From NCBI GenBank assembly GCA_003154195.1, contig PMCS01000030.1, forward strand, positions 59,446 through 123,445: a stretch of DNA of 64,000 nt, in the 5' to 3' direction. This document shows, in pieces, positions 29,633-39,688 of the stretch. The notes below the pieces were generated by a model that was not told the DNA's origin, did not search any database, and saw only the letters and a list, made by a program, of their open reading frames with translations. The position numbers and the translations under genes are program-made. This stretch comes from Candidatus Omnitrophota bacterium. GTDB taxonomy: Bacteria; Omnitrophota; Gorgyraeia; Duberdicusellales; 4484-171. Positions within the stretch are counted from its first letter, which is position 1; each line of letters begins with the position of its first letter.

Positions 29633-30769
29633 ATGAATAAAATCGGCCTTATGGATTTAAAAAGAGAGTACCCTCTCCTGAAGAAAGATATCGAGAAGCA
29701 GATAAGAGAGTGCGTGGGATCCCATCGGTGGATCCTGGGCGATGCCGTGACTGGACTGGAAAAGCAGGTTTCCCTGTACCTGGGGGCAAAATACGCGGTC
29801 GGCGTCGCTTCGGGAACCGACGCGCTTGTCCTGGCGCTCCGGGCCATGGCGATTGCGCGCCGGGATAAAAGTTGTTTCGATAAACACGATGAAATAATCA
29901 CTACGCCTTTTACTTTTATCGCTACCGCCGAGGCCATTGTCCATAGCGGGGCGACACCGGTGTTTGTCGACATCGATCCCGATACGTTTAATATAAACCC
30001 GCTGGCGATAGAAAAGGCGGTTACTAAGAATACCGTCGGTATTATACCGGTCCATCTTTACGGTTTAGGCTGCGATATGGGCCAAATCATAAAAATCTCC
30101 CGGGAAAATAATTTATTCGTCGTGGAGGATAACGCCCAATCGTTTGGCGGCATGTACCAAGATAAAAAACTCGGTTCAATCGGCGATTGCGGCTGCCATA
30201 GTTTTTTCCCTTCTAAAACACTGGGGGGATGGGGCGACGGCGGCCTGGTTGCCACCAGCGACCATAAAGTCTTGCCGTTACTGAAGGCGTTAAGAAATCA
30301 CGGCCAGACTGCGGCGTATGACGCAAGCTATATCGGTTATAACTCGCGCTTGGATTCTTTGCAGGCCGCGGTACTCCTGGCTAAATTGCGCCATTTCGAT
30401 AAGCTGGATAATCTACGGCGGACAGTTGCCGCTAAATACGCGAAAGCTTTTGACACGATGGCTATGGTCCAGCCGCAACCGGTGCGTAAAGGTTATCGCC
30501 ATGCCTACGGACTTTATACGATTAAGGTAAGCGCCGGTTCGCGCGATAAACTGCTGGCATATCTAAATGCCAACGATGTAGAGTCACGCGTCTATTATCC
30601 CGTGCCCCTGCATGAGATGAAGGCGTTTAAGGCCGCCAAAGTAAGCGGCGAGCTTAAAGCCGTCGAGGATGTGAAAAAAAGAGTGTTGAGCATCCCGATG
30701 CATCCGTTTCTCAAAGATAACGAGATTGATTATATCATCAAGACTATTCGCGCTTTTTTTAAAACATAA
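29633..30769 (+). CDS. DegT/DnrJ/EryC1/StrS aminotransferase
   Basis: SGTDAL, PVHLYG, EDNAQ, SFFPSKTLG..GDGG, NSRLD. Confidence 0.93.
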   Translation: MNKIGLMDLKREYPLLKKDIEKQIRECVGSHRWILGDAVTGLEKQVSLYLGAKYAVGVASGTDALVLALRAMAIARRDKSCFDKHDEIITTPFTFIATAEAIVHSGATPVFVDIDPDTFNINPLAIEKAVTKNTVGIIPVHLYGLGCDMGQIIKISRENNLFVVEDNAQSFGGMYQDKKLGSIGDCGCHSFFPSKTLGGWGDGGLVATSDHKVLPLLKALRNHGQTAAYDASYIGYNSRLDSLQAAVLLAKLRHFDKLDNLRRTVAAKYAKAFDTMAMVQPQPVRKGYRHAYGLYTIKVSAGSRDKLLAYLNANDVESRVYYPVPLHEMKAFKAAKVSGELKAVEDVKKRVLSIPMHPFLKDNEIDYIIKTIRAFFKT

Positions 30770-30852
30770 AAAGATAACCTGAGCTGGTTTTACCTAGGTT
30801 TTTCGTCCGCGAAGCGGACGGCGGTTATTTTTTTGCGAAGTAAAAAAATAAT

Positions 30853-31644
30853 ATGAAACACGTAAAAGAGAAATTTTCTATAGTTATCCCGGTGTATAAT
30901 GAGGCGGAAAGGATACGCAACAATCTTCTGGAGGTTAAAAAGACTTTTGACGATTTTGGCTGCAGTTATGAAATTGTCGCGATTGATGACGGTTCAACCG
31001 ACGATTCACGCGCTGTTTTAGAGAGCCTTTGCAAGGAAATCCCCAATCTTCTCGTGCAAAAGAATTCGCATAATTTCGGGAAGGGGCGCGCCTTAAAAAA
31101 AGCTTTCAAATATATAAGCGGCGATTTGATAGTTTGGTTGGACGCGGATTTAGAGTTGCACCCTTTCCAGGTAAAAACGCTTTACGATATCATGGTCCTC
31201 GACGGCGCGGATATCGTTATTGGTTCTAAGATGCATCCCAATTCCCAGGTTGCCTACCCGGCACATCGGCGGATTATGAGCTGGGGTTATTATTTTTTCA
31301 TCAGGTTATTTTTTCATTTGCCGTGCCAGGATACGCAAACCGGTTTGAAAATTTTCAAGCGTAAGGTTTTGGAGGAAGTTTTGCCGCGGATTCTGGTGAA
31401 GAAATTTGCTTTTGACCTGGAAGTATTGGCGAACGCCAATTACCTGGGGTTTAAAATAATCGACGCGCCGATTGTCCTGGATACAAAAAGAGAATATTCC
31501 CGCTTAGGTTTAAGCGCGGTATTTATCACTTTTTGGGATACACTCGCCGTGTGGTACAGGATGTACATCCTGAAATATTATGACCGTATCGATCATTATC
31601 GCCGTAAAGGGTTACTGCGGGAATTTAAAAGAGTGCGTAAATAA
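30853..31644 (+). CDS. GT2 glycosyltransferase (DPM/DPG synthase-like)
   Basis: PVYNE, DDGSTD, GKG.A, DAD, DTQTGLK, FDLE. Confidence 0.88.
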   Translation: MKHVKEKFSIVIPVYNEAERIRNNLLEVKKTFDDFGCSYEIVAIDDGSTDDSRAVLESLCKEIPNLLVQKNSHNFGKGRALKKAFKYISGDLIVWLDADLELHPFQVKTLYDIMVLDGADIVIGSKMHPNSQVAYPAHRRIMSWGYYFFIRLFFHLPCQDTQTGLKIFKRKVLEEVLPRILVKKFAFDLEVLANANYLGFKIIDAPIVLDTKREYSRLGLSAVFITFWDTLAVWYRMYILKYYDRIDHYRRKGLLREFKRVRK

Positions 31645-32575
31645 TTCTTTCAAAATTTTCCCGGTAAATTTTGAAATAATTATTTTGCCCGATGAAATAT
31701 TTGAAAACGGGTGGCGGGATCAAAGAGTAAAAATTATACCTACGGGGAATGTTGCGCCGCCCGTTAAGCGGGACATCGGAGTAAGAGAGGCAAAGGGAGA
31801 GATAATTGCTTTTCTGGATGATGATACCTATCCGGCGCCGTGTTGGTTGGACGCCGCTTTAAAGTTGTTTGAAGGCAAAGATATCGCTTGCGTTTGCGGC
31901 CCGGCAGTCACGCCGGATGACGATTCCTTATTGCAGAAGGCAAGCGGCATCGTTTATGAGTCGTACCTGGTCAGCGGCGGCCATAATTTTCGCTATATTC
32001 CTAAGCCCGCCCGGTTTGTCGATGATTTTCCCAGTTGTAATTTTTTAATCCGGAGAGATATCTTTGAAAAAGTCGGCGGTTTTGACACGAAGTTTTGGCC
32101 GGGCGAAGATACTTTCCTTTGCCTTAAGGTTAAGCAAGCAGGAAAAAAAATGCTTTACCATCCCGCGGTTTTGGTCTATCACCATCGGCGCGGCCTTTTC
32201 GCCAAACATTTAAAACAGATCATCAACTACGGTTTACACCGGGGATATTTTGCCCGCAAATTTCCGGAAACTTCCCTGAGGATTACCTATTTTATCCCGT
32301 CGCTATTGCTTTTATGGTTGATTTCGGGTATTTTTTCCGGGCTTTCCGCGAAATTCGCGGCAATCTATTTTCTATCGGTATTATTTTATCTTGGCTGTGT
32401 GATGGCGGGGACGATTTTGGTTTTGGCGGGCAAAAAAGAAAAGATGGAAAATAAAATAAAATTGATTTTTTTAGTTTTTAGCGGAATAATCGCCACCCAT
32501 CTCGCTTATGGGATTTATTTTATCAAGGGGCTAATGGCTTCAAGCATGCCGGAGGAAACAGCAGATGATCGCTGA
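31580..32575 (+). CDS. GT2 glycosyltransferase with C-terminal TM helices
   Basis: FLDDD, GGFD..PGED, HHRR, hydrophobic C-terminus. Confidence 0.88.
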   Translation: MTVSIIIAVKGYCGNLKECVNNSFKIFPVNFEIIILPDEIFENGWRDQRVKIIPTGNVAPPVKRDIGVREAKGEIIAFLDDDTYPAPCWLDAALKLFEGKDIACVCGPAVTPDDDSLLQKASGIVYESYLVSGGHNFRYIPKPARFVDDFPSCNFLIRRDIFEKVGGFDTKFWPGEDTFLCLKVKQAGKKMLYHPAVLVYHHRRGLFAKHLKQIINYGLHRGYFARKFPETSLRITYFIPSLLLLWLISGIFSGLSAKFAAIYFLSVLFYLGCVMAGTILVLAGKKEKMENKIKLIFLVFSGIIATHLAYGIYFIKGLMASSMPEETADDR

Positions 32576-32786
32576 TTGGAAGATGCAGACGATCGCTGAG
32601 GATACGTATATTTATAGTGATTTAACCTATAGGTTTATTATTATGCCAAGGGCTCAAAATATAAATTGGTCTTATTAATTAATTTTGGTTCTCCTAAAGT
32701 TACCATAAAAAGATTAATATATACTAAAGGCGCAGGATGATATTTTATCTGTGATCATCTGCTTCTTCTAATCAGTGATCATCCGT
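32561..32786 (+). mobile_element. Internally deleted (non-coding) copy of the GxxExxY cassette
   Basis: Near-identical to both ends of 37677-38146 with 244 bp (37748-37991) missing. Confidence 0.9.
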
Positions 32787-32790
32787 GACT

Positions 32791-34302
32791 ATGAAAATCA
32801 TAATTTGTTTTCCTCCCTTAAGCAACGAAAAAGGCTATCCGACCTTAGGCCAGAACCGGCAATTCCAATATTTTAAAGAACCGACATATATTTATCCGGT
32901 GGTTCCGGCAACCGCCGCCACGATGTTGGCCAAACGCGGTTTCGATGTAGTCTGGCTTGATTGTATCTCCCAGAATTTATCTTCCGATAAATTCCGGGAT
33001 ATAATCAGAAAAGAGAAACCGGATTTGGTTGCTTTAGAAACAAAAACCCCGGTAATAAAACAGGAGTGGCGTGTCGTCGATGATCTCAAGCGATTGGCGC
33101 GGGAAGAGGGTTGGAATTTAAACGTTGTATTGTTCGGCGACCATGTTACGGCCTTGCCGCAGGAGTCATTTGACAATTGCGGCGTCGATTTTATTTTAAC
33201 CGGCGGCGACTACGACTTTTTACTGCTTAATCTTTGTAATTTTCTTAAAGAATTTCCTTCGCTTCCCGCGCGCGATTTTAACGGGCCGGTCATGACCGGC
33301 CCCTACAGGTTAGAGCCGGGAATCTGGTACCGGGCGGGTAACGAAATAAAGAATACCGGTACTTTTAAGCTCGACCATGATTTGAATAGCCTTCCTTTTA
33401 TCGATCGAGACCTTACCCGATGGCCGCTTTACGCTTATAAAAATGGAAACTACCGGCGTACCCCGGGGACTTATATCATGTCGGCCCGGGATTGCTGGTG
33501 GGGAAAGTGTACTTTTTGCGGGTGGACGACAATCTATCCGCATTATCGAGCGAGAGGAGTTAAAAATGTTTTAAACGAAATAGAATATTTAGTTAATAAT
33601 TATAAGATTAAAGAGATTATGGACGATTCCGGGACTTTTCCCGTTGGAGAGTGGCTGAATAATTTTTGCCGGGGCATGATTGAACGCGGTTTGAATAAAA
33701 AAGTTACCCTTGATTGCAATATGCGTTTTGGCGCGGTTGACCGGCCGGGTTATGAATTAATGCGAAAGGCGGGGTTCCGGTTTTTACTTTTCGGTTTAGA
33801 GTCGGCCAGCCAGCAGACTTTAGACCGAATTAATAAAAATTTGAAGGCCGAAACGATTGTCTCATCCTGCCGCGCCGCCCGCGCCGCCGGCCTTTATCCG
33901 CACATAACCCTGATGTTTGGCTACCCCTGGGAAAGTTATGAGGATGCCGAAAAAACTCTCCAATTAGGAAAGTACCTGCTTAAAAAAGATTATGCTTATA
34001 CGATGCAGGCGACGGTGGTCATCCCTTATCCCGGCACTCCTTTGTTCGACGAATGCAAAAAGAACGGGTTATTATATACTCTCGATTGGCAGGAGTATGA
34101 TATGAAAAAACCGGTGATGAAATTATCGTTCGCTCCGGATAAATTAATGAGCCTCGTCCAGAGCATGTACGCGGTAACTTTTTCTCCCGAATTTATTTTT
34201 CGTAAATTATTAAGCATAAGGGATATCAACGATATAAAATATTTTGGCAGGGGATTTTTAAAAGTGCTGGGGCATCTGCTTGATTTTCGGAAAAGAAGTT
34301 AG
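32791..34302 (+). CDS. Cobalamin-binding radical SAM protein
   Basis: GDHVT, RDCWWGKCTFC, GLES, IPYPGTP. Confidence 0.88.
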   Translation: MKIIICFPPLSNEKGYPTLGQNRQFQYFKEPTYIYPVVPATAATMLAKRGFDVVWLDCISQNLSSDKFRDIIRKEKPDLVALETKTPVIKQEWRVVDDLKRLAREEGWNLNVVLFGDHVTALPQESFDNCGVDFILTGGDYDFLLLNLCNFLKEFPSLPARDFNGPVMTGPYRLEPGIWYRAGNEIKNTGTFKLDHDLNSLPFIDRDLTRWPLYAYKNGNYRRTPGTYIMSARDCWWGKCTFCGWTTIYPHYRARGVKNVLNEIEYLVNNYKIKEIMDDSGTFPVGEWLNNFCRGMIERGLNKKVTLDCNMRFGAVDRPGYELMRKAGFRFLLFGLESASQQTLDRINKNLKAETIVSSCRAARAAGLYPHITLMFGYPWESYEDAEKTLQLGKYLLKKDYAYTMQATVVIPYPGTPLFDECKKNGLLYTLDWQEYDMKKPVMKLSFAPDKLMSLVQSMYAVTFSPEFIFRKLLSIRDINDIKYFGRGFLKVLGHLLDFRKRS

Positions 34303-34335
34303 ATTGCAGAGTACGAACTAAAGAATTGGAAGAAT

Positions 34336-34452
34336 GGTTAGGGTAAGGGTAAAGATGCCCGTATGGGCCAGGGTTAGGGTTAAGGCTGTGAATTCGTATC
34401 AGCCCTAACCGTTACCATAGCCCAAACCGGCTTCCTAACCCTAGCCTTAGCC
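34336..34452 (+). repeat. GGTTAG-rich ~117 bp dispersed palindromic element, copy 1
   Basis: Matches 35921-36037 and, inverted, 38861-38960 and 60411-60530. Confidence 0.85.
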
Positions 34453-34484
34453 ATTCTTCTAAACTTAATTATACTCAGGTAGCC

Positions 34485-35768
34485 ATGCGCATTAAACACA
34501 AAATACAATCTCTGCTCAAGGACAGTCTTTTCTTCGATATGGTCGTGATTTTGCTGGGCGCCGCCGGAGGAGGATTTCTAAACTTCATTTACCGTCTTGT
34601 CTGCATAAGGTTTCTGCCGGCGGCGGACTACGGCACCTTAAACGCGTTGATTGCGCTGGTGATGCTCGGCAGTGTGGGGTTGTCACCGCTGGGGACGACT
34701 TTTACGCGATTTTTTACCGAATACGCCGCGCGCAATGATTTCGCTTTATTGGTGCGCGCGTTTAAGGCAATCGCGAAAAAAATAGTTTTTAGCAGTCTGC
34801 TTATTTTTTTACTGTTTGCTGTCGCTTCGCCGTTGACGGCTAAATTTCTCAATACGCGTATTCTGTATGTGAATATTGCCGGCGTTTTGATCGCGGTGGC
34901 GGTTATCTCGCCCTTGTTTATGTCGGTATTACAGAGCTTACAGCGGTTTAAATTATTTTCCTCCGTCGGTATTGTTTCTGCATTTTTTAAGATTGTCGTC
35001 GGCGCTTTTTTGATGTGGCGGGGCTTTGGTGTTTTAGGGGGCATTTTAGGCTATTTTACCGCGTCGGCGGTGGCGCTGGTGATGCCGTTATATTTTATAC
35101 CCCGTATCTTCAGGCGTTTACGCGATGAGCATAAAAATTGCCCCGCCGGTGAATTAGACCCCAAGCCTTTTTACCGGTATTTTTTTCCGGTGTCGCTGGC
35201 GATGTTCGCCTTTTCTTCCTTTACCAATATCGACAGTATCATCGTTAAGCATTTTTTTTCTTCCGTGGATACAGGATATTATTCGATTGCCCAGAATATC
35301 GCCAGTATCGCTTTATTCTTACCGTCGGCATTGGCCATCGTAATTTTTCCCAAAAGCACAAAAGCGTTTGTTGAAGGGAGGGATTCCCCCCGTATTTTGC
35401 GTAAATCGCTGTTGTTGGCCGCGGCTTTTTGTTTTCTTTTTGTCGCCGGAGTTTTTATCGTTCCCAATACCGTCCTTATTCTTTTTACCGGAAAGACTAA
35501 CCCGGCCAGCGCCGGCTTGCTTGGGCTTCTGTCGGCAGCGCTGAGTTTCTACGCGCTCACGTGGATAATGATAAATTTCCTCCTGGCGGTGCACAACCTG
35601 GATTTTATCGTTCCCTTTGCTGTTTTGGCGGGGCTGGAAGCGATTTGTGTTTATAATTGTCACCAAAGCCTGATGATGGTAGGATATACGGTAACTATTT
35701 TTGCCGTCCTTGCTTTTACGATGTTGCTTTGGTCGGCGCGGAATAAAGTCCATATTAGACAGGGTTAA
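34485..35768 (+). CDS. Wzx-type oligosaccharide flippase
   Basis: ~12 TMs, YG motif, D.IIVK..GYYS.A..IA..P. Confidence 0.85.
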   Translation: MRIKHKIQSLLKDSLFFDMVVILLGAAGGGFLNFIYRLVCIRFLPAADYGTLNALIALVMLGSVGLSPLGTTFTRFFTEYAARNDFALLVRAFKAIAKKIVFSSLLIFLLFAVASPLTAKFLNTRILYVNIAGVLIAVAVISPLFMSVLQSLQRFKLFSSVGIVSAFFKIVVGAFLMWRGFGVLGGILGYFTASAVALVMPLYFIPRIFRRLRDEHKNCPAGELDPKPFYRYFFPVSLAMFAFSSFTNIDSIIVKHFFSSVDTGYYSIAQNIASIALFLPSALAIVIFPKSTKAFVEGRDSPRILRKSLLLAAAFCFLFVAGVFIVPNTVLILFTGKTNPASAGLLGLLSAALSFYALTWIMINFLLAVHNLDFIVPFAVLAGLEAICVYNCHQSLMMVGYTVTIFAVLAFTMLLWSARNKVHIRQG

Positions 35769-35780
35769 GGCTAAGGCTAG

Positions 35781-35896
35781 GCTCTCCTTCGCTCTTCGAG
35801 CTTCGGAGAAGTCTCGCCGAAGTTCTCCTTCGCTCTTCGAGCTTCGGAGAAATCTCGCCGAAGGCCTTGGCGAAGGCGGACTTTAGCGAAGGCGGA
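35781..35896 (-). repeat. CTTCG-rich hairpin repeat with internal tandem duplication, nested in a GGTTAG element
   Basis: Reverse complement of 38960-39034; duplicated unit at 35784-35822 and 35825-35863. Confidence 0.8.
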
Positions 35897-35920
35897 AAGC
35901 CGGTTTGGGTTAAAAAACTT

Positions 35921-36037
35921 GGTTAGGGTAAGGGTAAAGATGCCCGTATGGGCCATGGTTATGGTTAAGGCTGTAAATTCGTATTAGCCCTAACCGTTAC
36001 CATAGCCCAAACCGGCTTCATAACCTTAACCCTAGCC
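35921..36037 (+). repeat. GGTTAG-rich dispersed element, copy 2
   Basis: Alignment to 34336-34452. Confidence 0.85.
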
Positions 36038-36095
36038 GATTAACTACCGGCATCGTTGCCTTTACCCTAACCATGTCATAACCTTAATAAATATT

Positions 36096-37034
36096 ATGTA
36101 TTTCTACGGACCGGTTCCTTCCCGCAGGCTCGGGTTTTCTTTAGGGGTCGATTTAATACCCAAAAAGGTATGTTCTTTCGATTGCGTCTATTGCCATGTC
36201 GCTCGGACTACCCAAAAAACCGCCGGACAATTTTCTTATGTTAAGTTACCGCAGTTTACGAAAGAACTTAAGGCGACCATAGCAAAGAAGCCCCAGCTTG
36301 ATTATATAACCATCTCCGGTTCCGGCGAGCCGACCTTGCACAAAAACCTCGATAAAATAATCGGCATCATCAAGCAAACAACCAAAAACAGATATCCGGT
36401 TTGCGTAATCACTAACTCTTCGCTTTTATACCGTAAGTCCGTGCGTCGAGCTTTGCGCCGCGCCGACTTGATTATTCCTTCGCTCGATGCCGCTACCCCG
36501 CGGGTTTTTGAAAAAATTAACCGGCCGCTTAAGGGGATAACCATCGATAAAATAATCAACGGCCTTATCCGGTTGAGAAAAGAATTCAAGGGTAAAATCT
36601 GGTTGGAAATAATGGTGGTGCGCGGCATTAACGATACACTTGACGAAGCGTTTCGGCTGCGAGAGGCTGTTGCTAAAATAAAACCCGATAAAGTCCAACT
36701 GAATATACCGGTGCGGCCGGCCTGGGCAGATATAGCCCTACCCGATAAAGAGCGCGTCCGGGAAATAGCGAAAATCATCGGCGGCAATATCGAAATTATC
36801 GCCCGATTTAACAAGAAACCGAGAAAGCAATCCGGCGGCGACGCCGCGAATGTAATCATCGAATTTTTGAAACGCCGTCCGGCAAACCTAAGCGATTTGG
36901 AAAAGACGCTGGGCATCAGCCGTCTTCGGTTGAACCGCTCTCTACGCGATCTAATATCGCGCGGGAAGATAAAAGAGAAAATGGCGCATGGCGAAAAATA
37001 TTTTATTTTTTGCGGCGCAAAAAATAAAATATGA
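36096..37034 (+). CDS. Radical SAM protein with C-terminal HTH-like region
   Basis: YGPVPSRRLG.SLG, CSFDCVYC, GSGEPTL, TNSSL. Confidence 0.88.
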   Translation: MYFYGPVPSRRLGFSLGVDLIPKKVCSFDCVYCHVARTTQKTAGQFSYVKLPQFTKELKATIAKKPQLDYITISGSGEPTLHKNLDKIIGIIKQTTKNRYPVCVITNSSLLYRKSVRRALRRADLIIPSLDAATPRVFEKINRPLKGITIDKIINGLIRLRKEFKGKIWLEIMVVRGINDTLDEAFRLREAVAKIKPDKVQLNIPVRPAWADIALPDKERVREIAKIIGGNIEIIARFNKKPRKQSGGDAANVIIEFLKRRPANLSDLEKTLGISRLRLNRSLRDLISRGKIKEKMAHGEKYFIFCGAKNKI

Positions 37035-37684
37035 TTAAAGAGAATATCGAAAAGATTTTGAAGGAATTGCCGCCGGGGGTGGAGCTGGCCGCGGCGGTCA
37101 AAGGGCGTAGTATTGCCGAAGTAAAAGAAGCGGCGGCGGCGGGGGTGACGATTTTGGCCGACAATTATCTCCAGGAAGCCGCCGAAAAAATCGAAGCTTT
37201 AGGAAGGGTTGCCCGGTGGCATTTTATCGGCCATTTACAAAAAAATAAAGTCCAAAAAGCGGCGGCGCTCTTCGATATGCTGGAGACTATTGATTCTTTT
37301 GAACTCGCTCAGGTTTTGGATAAAGAATGCGGCAGGCTGGGCAAGGTAATGCCGGTATTGCTTGAGGTAAACTCCGCGGACGAACCGCAGAAAGCGGGAT
37401 TAGAACCGGCCGAGGTGGAAAGTTTTGTCGGCCGGGCCGGCTCGTTGGCGCATCTGAAGATATCCGGGCTGATGACGATGGGGCCGCTGGTGGATAATCC
37501 GGAAGCGATTAGGCCGTTTTTCCGGAAAGTGAAGGAAATTTTTGATTTGATAAAGAGCAAAGCGTATGATAATTTAGATTGGAGATATTTATCGATGGGC
37601 ATGAGCGATACTTACAAGATCGCGATTGAAGAGGGGGCTAATATCGTTCGCATTGGAACAGCTATTTTCGGTATACGCAGATGA
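37031..37684 (+). CDS. yggS: YggS family PLP homeostasis protein
   Basis: NYLQE, WHFIGHLQKNK, GLMTM, LSMGMS.., VRIGTAIFG. Confidence 0.95.
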   Translation: MIKENIEKILKELPPGVELAAAVKGRSIAEVKEAAAAGVTILADNYLQEAAEKIEALGRVARWHFIGHLQKNKVQKAAALFDMLETIDSFELAQVLDKECGRLGKVMPVLLEVNSADEPQKAGLEPAEVESFVGRAGSLAHLKISGLMTMGPLVDNPEAIRPFFRKVKEIFDLIKSKAYDNLDWRYLSMGMSDTYKIAIEEGANIVRIGTAIFGIRR

Positions 37685-38146
37685 TCACAGATGAGAAGAT
37701 GCAGATGATCGCTGATGATACGTATATTTATAGTGATTTAACCTATAAAATTATCGGGGCGGCTTACGATGTCCATAAGGAACTGGGTTCCGTCCATAAA
37801 GAAATTGTCTACCACAGAGCGTTGGCTATTGAATTCGGTAACAGGAACATCCCTTTTGTCGAAGAAAAGCCGATTGATGTAAAATTTAAAGAAAACAAAA
37901 TAGGAACATACAGGCCAGATTTTATTGTAGACGACAAAGTCGTGGTGGAGATAAAAGCCGTTCCTGCTATAGCCAAAGCAATGTATGATAAGGTTTATTA
38001 TTATGCCAAGGGCTCAAAATATAAATTGGTCTTATTGATTAATTTTGGTTCTCCTAAAGTTACTATAAAAAGATTAATATATACTAAGGATGCGGGATGA
38101 TATTTTATCTGCGATCATCAGCATCTTTTAATCAGCGATCATCTGC
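37677..38146 (+). mobile_element. GxxExxY cassette bounded by GCAGATGATC../..GATCATCTGC inverted repeats
   Basis: Periodic IRs at both ends; deleted copy at 32561-32786. Confidence 0.7.
37681..38100 (+). CDS. GxxExxY family PD-(D/E)XK nuclease-like protein
   Basis: IIGAAYDVHKELG..EIVY, RPDFIV..VVEIK, LLINFG. Confidence 0.9.
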   Translation: MITDEKMQMIADDTYIYSDLTYKIIGAAYDVHKELGSVHKEIVYHRALAIEFGNRNIPFVEEKPIDVKFKENKIGTYRPDFIVDDKVVVEIKAVPAIAKAMYDKVYYYAKGSKYKLVLLINFGSPKVTIKRLIYTKDAG

Positions 38147-38149
38147 ACT

Positions 38150-38857
38150 ATGCGACTAAAAATTCTATTTGAAAAAGAAAAAATCGACGAAAGATTCTCC
38201 GGCGGATGGGGATTGTCTTATCTGGTGGGGGAGAATGTCCTTTTTGATACCGGCGAGAAGTTCGAATTTCTGGAAAACAACGCCCGGTTGATGAACGTTG
38301 ATTTAAACAAAATCAATAAAGTCGTGATTTCTCATACCCATTGGGACCATGTTTCTGGTTTGTGGGAGCTCTTAAAGCGTAACCGGGGGATTACGGTATA
38401 TGGCTGTCCGCGTTTCGAGGAAGATTTTAAGAATAAAGTGACCGCCGCTTGCAGCCGGTTTGTGGAAGTAAAAGAGATGGTGGAATTGGAAAAAGGGGTC
38501 TATGCTTCCGGCGAGATGATGGCTAATTATAAGGGTGAAGTAGTGGCGGAGCACGCTATGGCCCTCGATTCAGGGAACAATATCGCGATTCTTTGCGGTT
38601 GCTGTCATCCGGGAGTGCTGAACATGCTGCAGAAGATTACCGGTTTTTTCGGCCGGCATGTTGATATGCTCATCGGCGGTTTGCACCTGATGGATAAGGA
38701 GAAGAGATTTACCGAATATATTATCCAGGAAATGCCGGTTCGGGTCAAAAAAGCCGCGCCGGGGCATTGCACCGGCAGTGAAGCCGCCGCTCGCCTGAGA
38801 GCTATTTATAAGGAAAATTTCATCGAGCTGAAAGCGGGGATGGAGCTTGAGATATAA
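38150..38857 (+). CDS. MBL-fold metallo-hydrolase
   Basis: LFDTG, SHTHWDH, GCCHPG, GGLH, GHCTG. Confidence 0.9.
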   Translation: MRLKILFEKEKIDERFSGGWGLSYLVGENVLFDTGEKFEFLENNARLMNVDLNKINKVVISHTHWDHVSGLWELLKRNRGITVYGCPRFEEDFKNKVTAACSRFVEVKEMVELEKGVYASGEMMANYKGEVVAEHAMALDSGNNIAILCGCCHPGVLNMLQKITGFFGRHVDMLIGGLHLMDKEKRFTEYIIQEMPVRVKKAAPGHCTGSEAAARLRAIYKENFIELKAGMELEI

Positions 38858-38860
38858 AAT

Positions 38861-39052
38861 CGGTTAAGGCTAGGGTAAAGAAGCCGGTTTGGGCTATGGC
38901 AATGGTTAGGGCTGATACGAATTTACAGCCGTTACCTTAACCTTGCCCCATACCGGCATTCCGCCTCCGCTAAAGTCCGCCTTCGCCAAGGCCTTCGGCG
39001 AGACTTCTCCGAAGCTCTAAGGGCGAAGGAGAGCGTAATCTTCGCCATAGCC
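38861..39052 (-). repeat. GGTTAG-rich element copy 3 with nested CTTCG-rich repeat (38960-39034)
   Basis: Inverted match to 34336-34452, interrupted by a match to 35781-35896. Confidence 0.8.
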
Positions 39053-39077
39053 GTTTTTAACTAAGGGTATTTATTAT

Positions 39078-39419
39078 ATGAAATTCTTTAATTTTTTTGC
39101 TCGGTGGTCGGTGGTTTTTTGTCTATGGTCTGTTTTTTTATCCGGATGCGTTGGAATGCGCGATTGCACCGGCGCCCGGCGCGGCGCCTTTTGCCTGCTG
39201 CGCGATAATAAATTCGGCGAAGGCGGCGAAGGCAAAGATTACCATATTATCTCCGATGAGATTTATCTTAGCCGGGGCGATACCCAAAATGAAATTATCG
39301 CTAAAATCGGCCTGCCGGACAGTCAGGAGGCTACTAAAGACGGCTATGAAATCTGGCGCTACAAAAGCCATTCTTTGGAGTTGTATTTCGAAAGCGGCCG
39401 GTTGAAGTTCTGGCGCTGA
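39078..39419 (+). CDS. Small lipoprotein (BamE/SmpA-like fold candidate)
   Basis: Lipobox LSGC; G.T..E.I..IG.P..W.Y motif. Confidence 0.6.
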   Translation: MKFFNFFARWSVVFCLWSVFLSGCVGMRDCTGARRGAFCLLRDNKFGEGGEGKDYHIISDEIYLSRGDTQNEIIAKIGLPDSQEATKDGYEIWRYKSHSLELYFESGRLKFWR

Positions 39420-39470
39420 CCCGAAAAATGATATAAATTTTTCCCTTTTTTTCACCTTCCCTTCCCTTCC

Positions 39471-39624
39471 CTTCCGTTTCCATATTTCTCCTTTCTTAGT
39501 TTCAATCTAGGGATTATCAACTAGGGACGATAGACTTTTTCATCCCTCGTCCTTCAGCATTCACACACGTCCCACGTTTCTGCGGTTACTGCCGCGAACG
39601 TCCCACGGTATTACGGTTTTCTCT
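39471..39624. repeat. Imperfect repeat, inverted relative to 47315-47489
   Basis: Shared blocks TTCCGTTTC, AGTTTCAATCTA, CACGTCCCA, CTGCCGC, ACGTCC.ACGG..TTACGGT. Confidence 0.7.
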
Positions 39625-39688
39625 GAAATAGGTCGCTGCCCCTATTAAAGAATTATTCTGTAAATGGTTTCAGTAAGGCTTCTTTCCC

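Noticed and set aside
34336-34452. Eukaryotic telomere contamination (TTAGGG-like)
   Set aside because: Units are degenerate, inverted, and part of a dispersed element between bacterial genes
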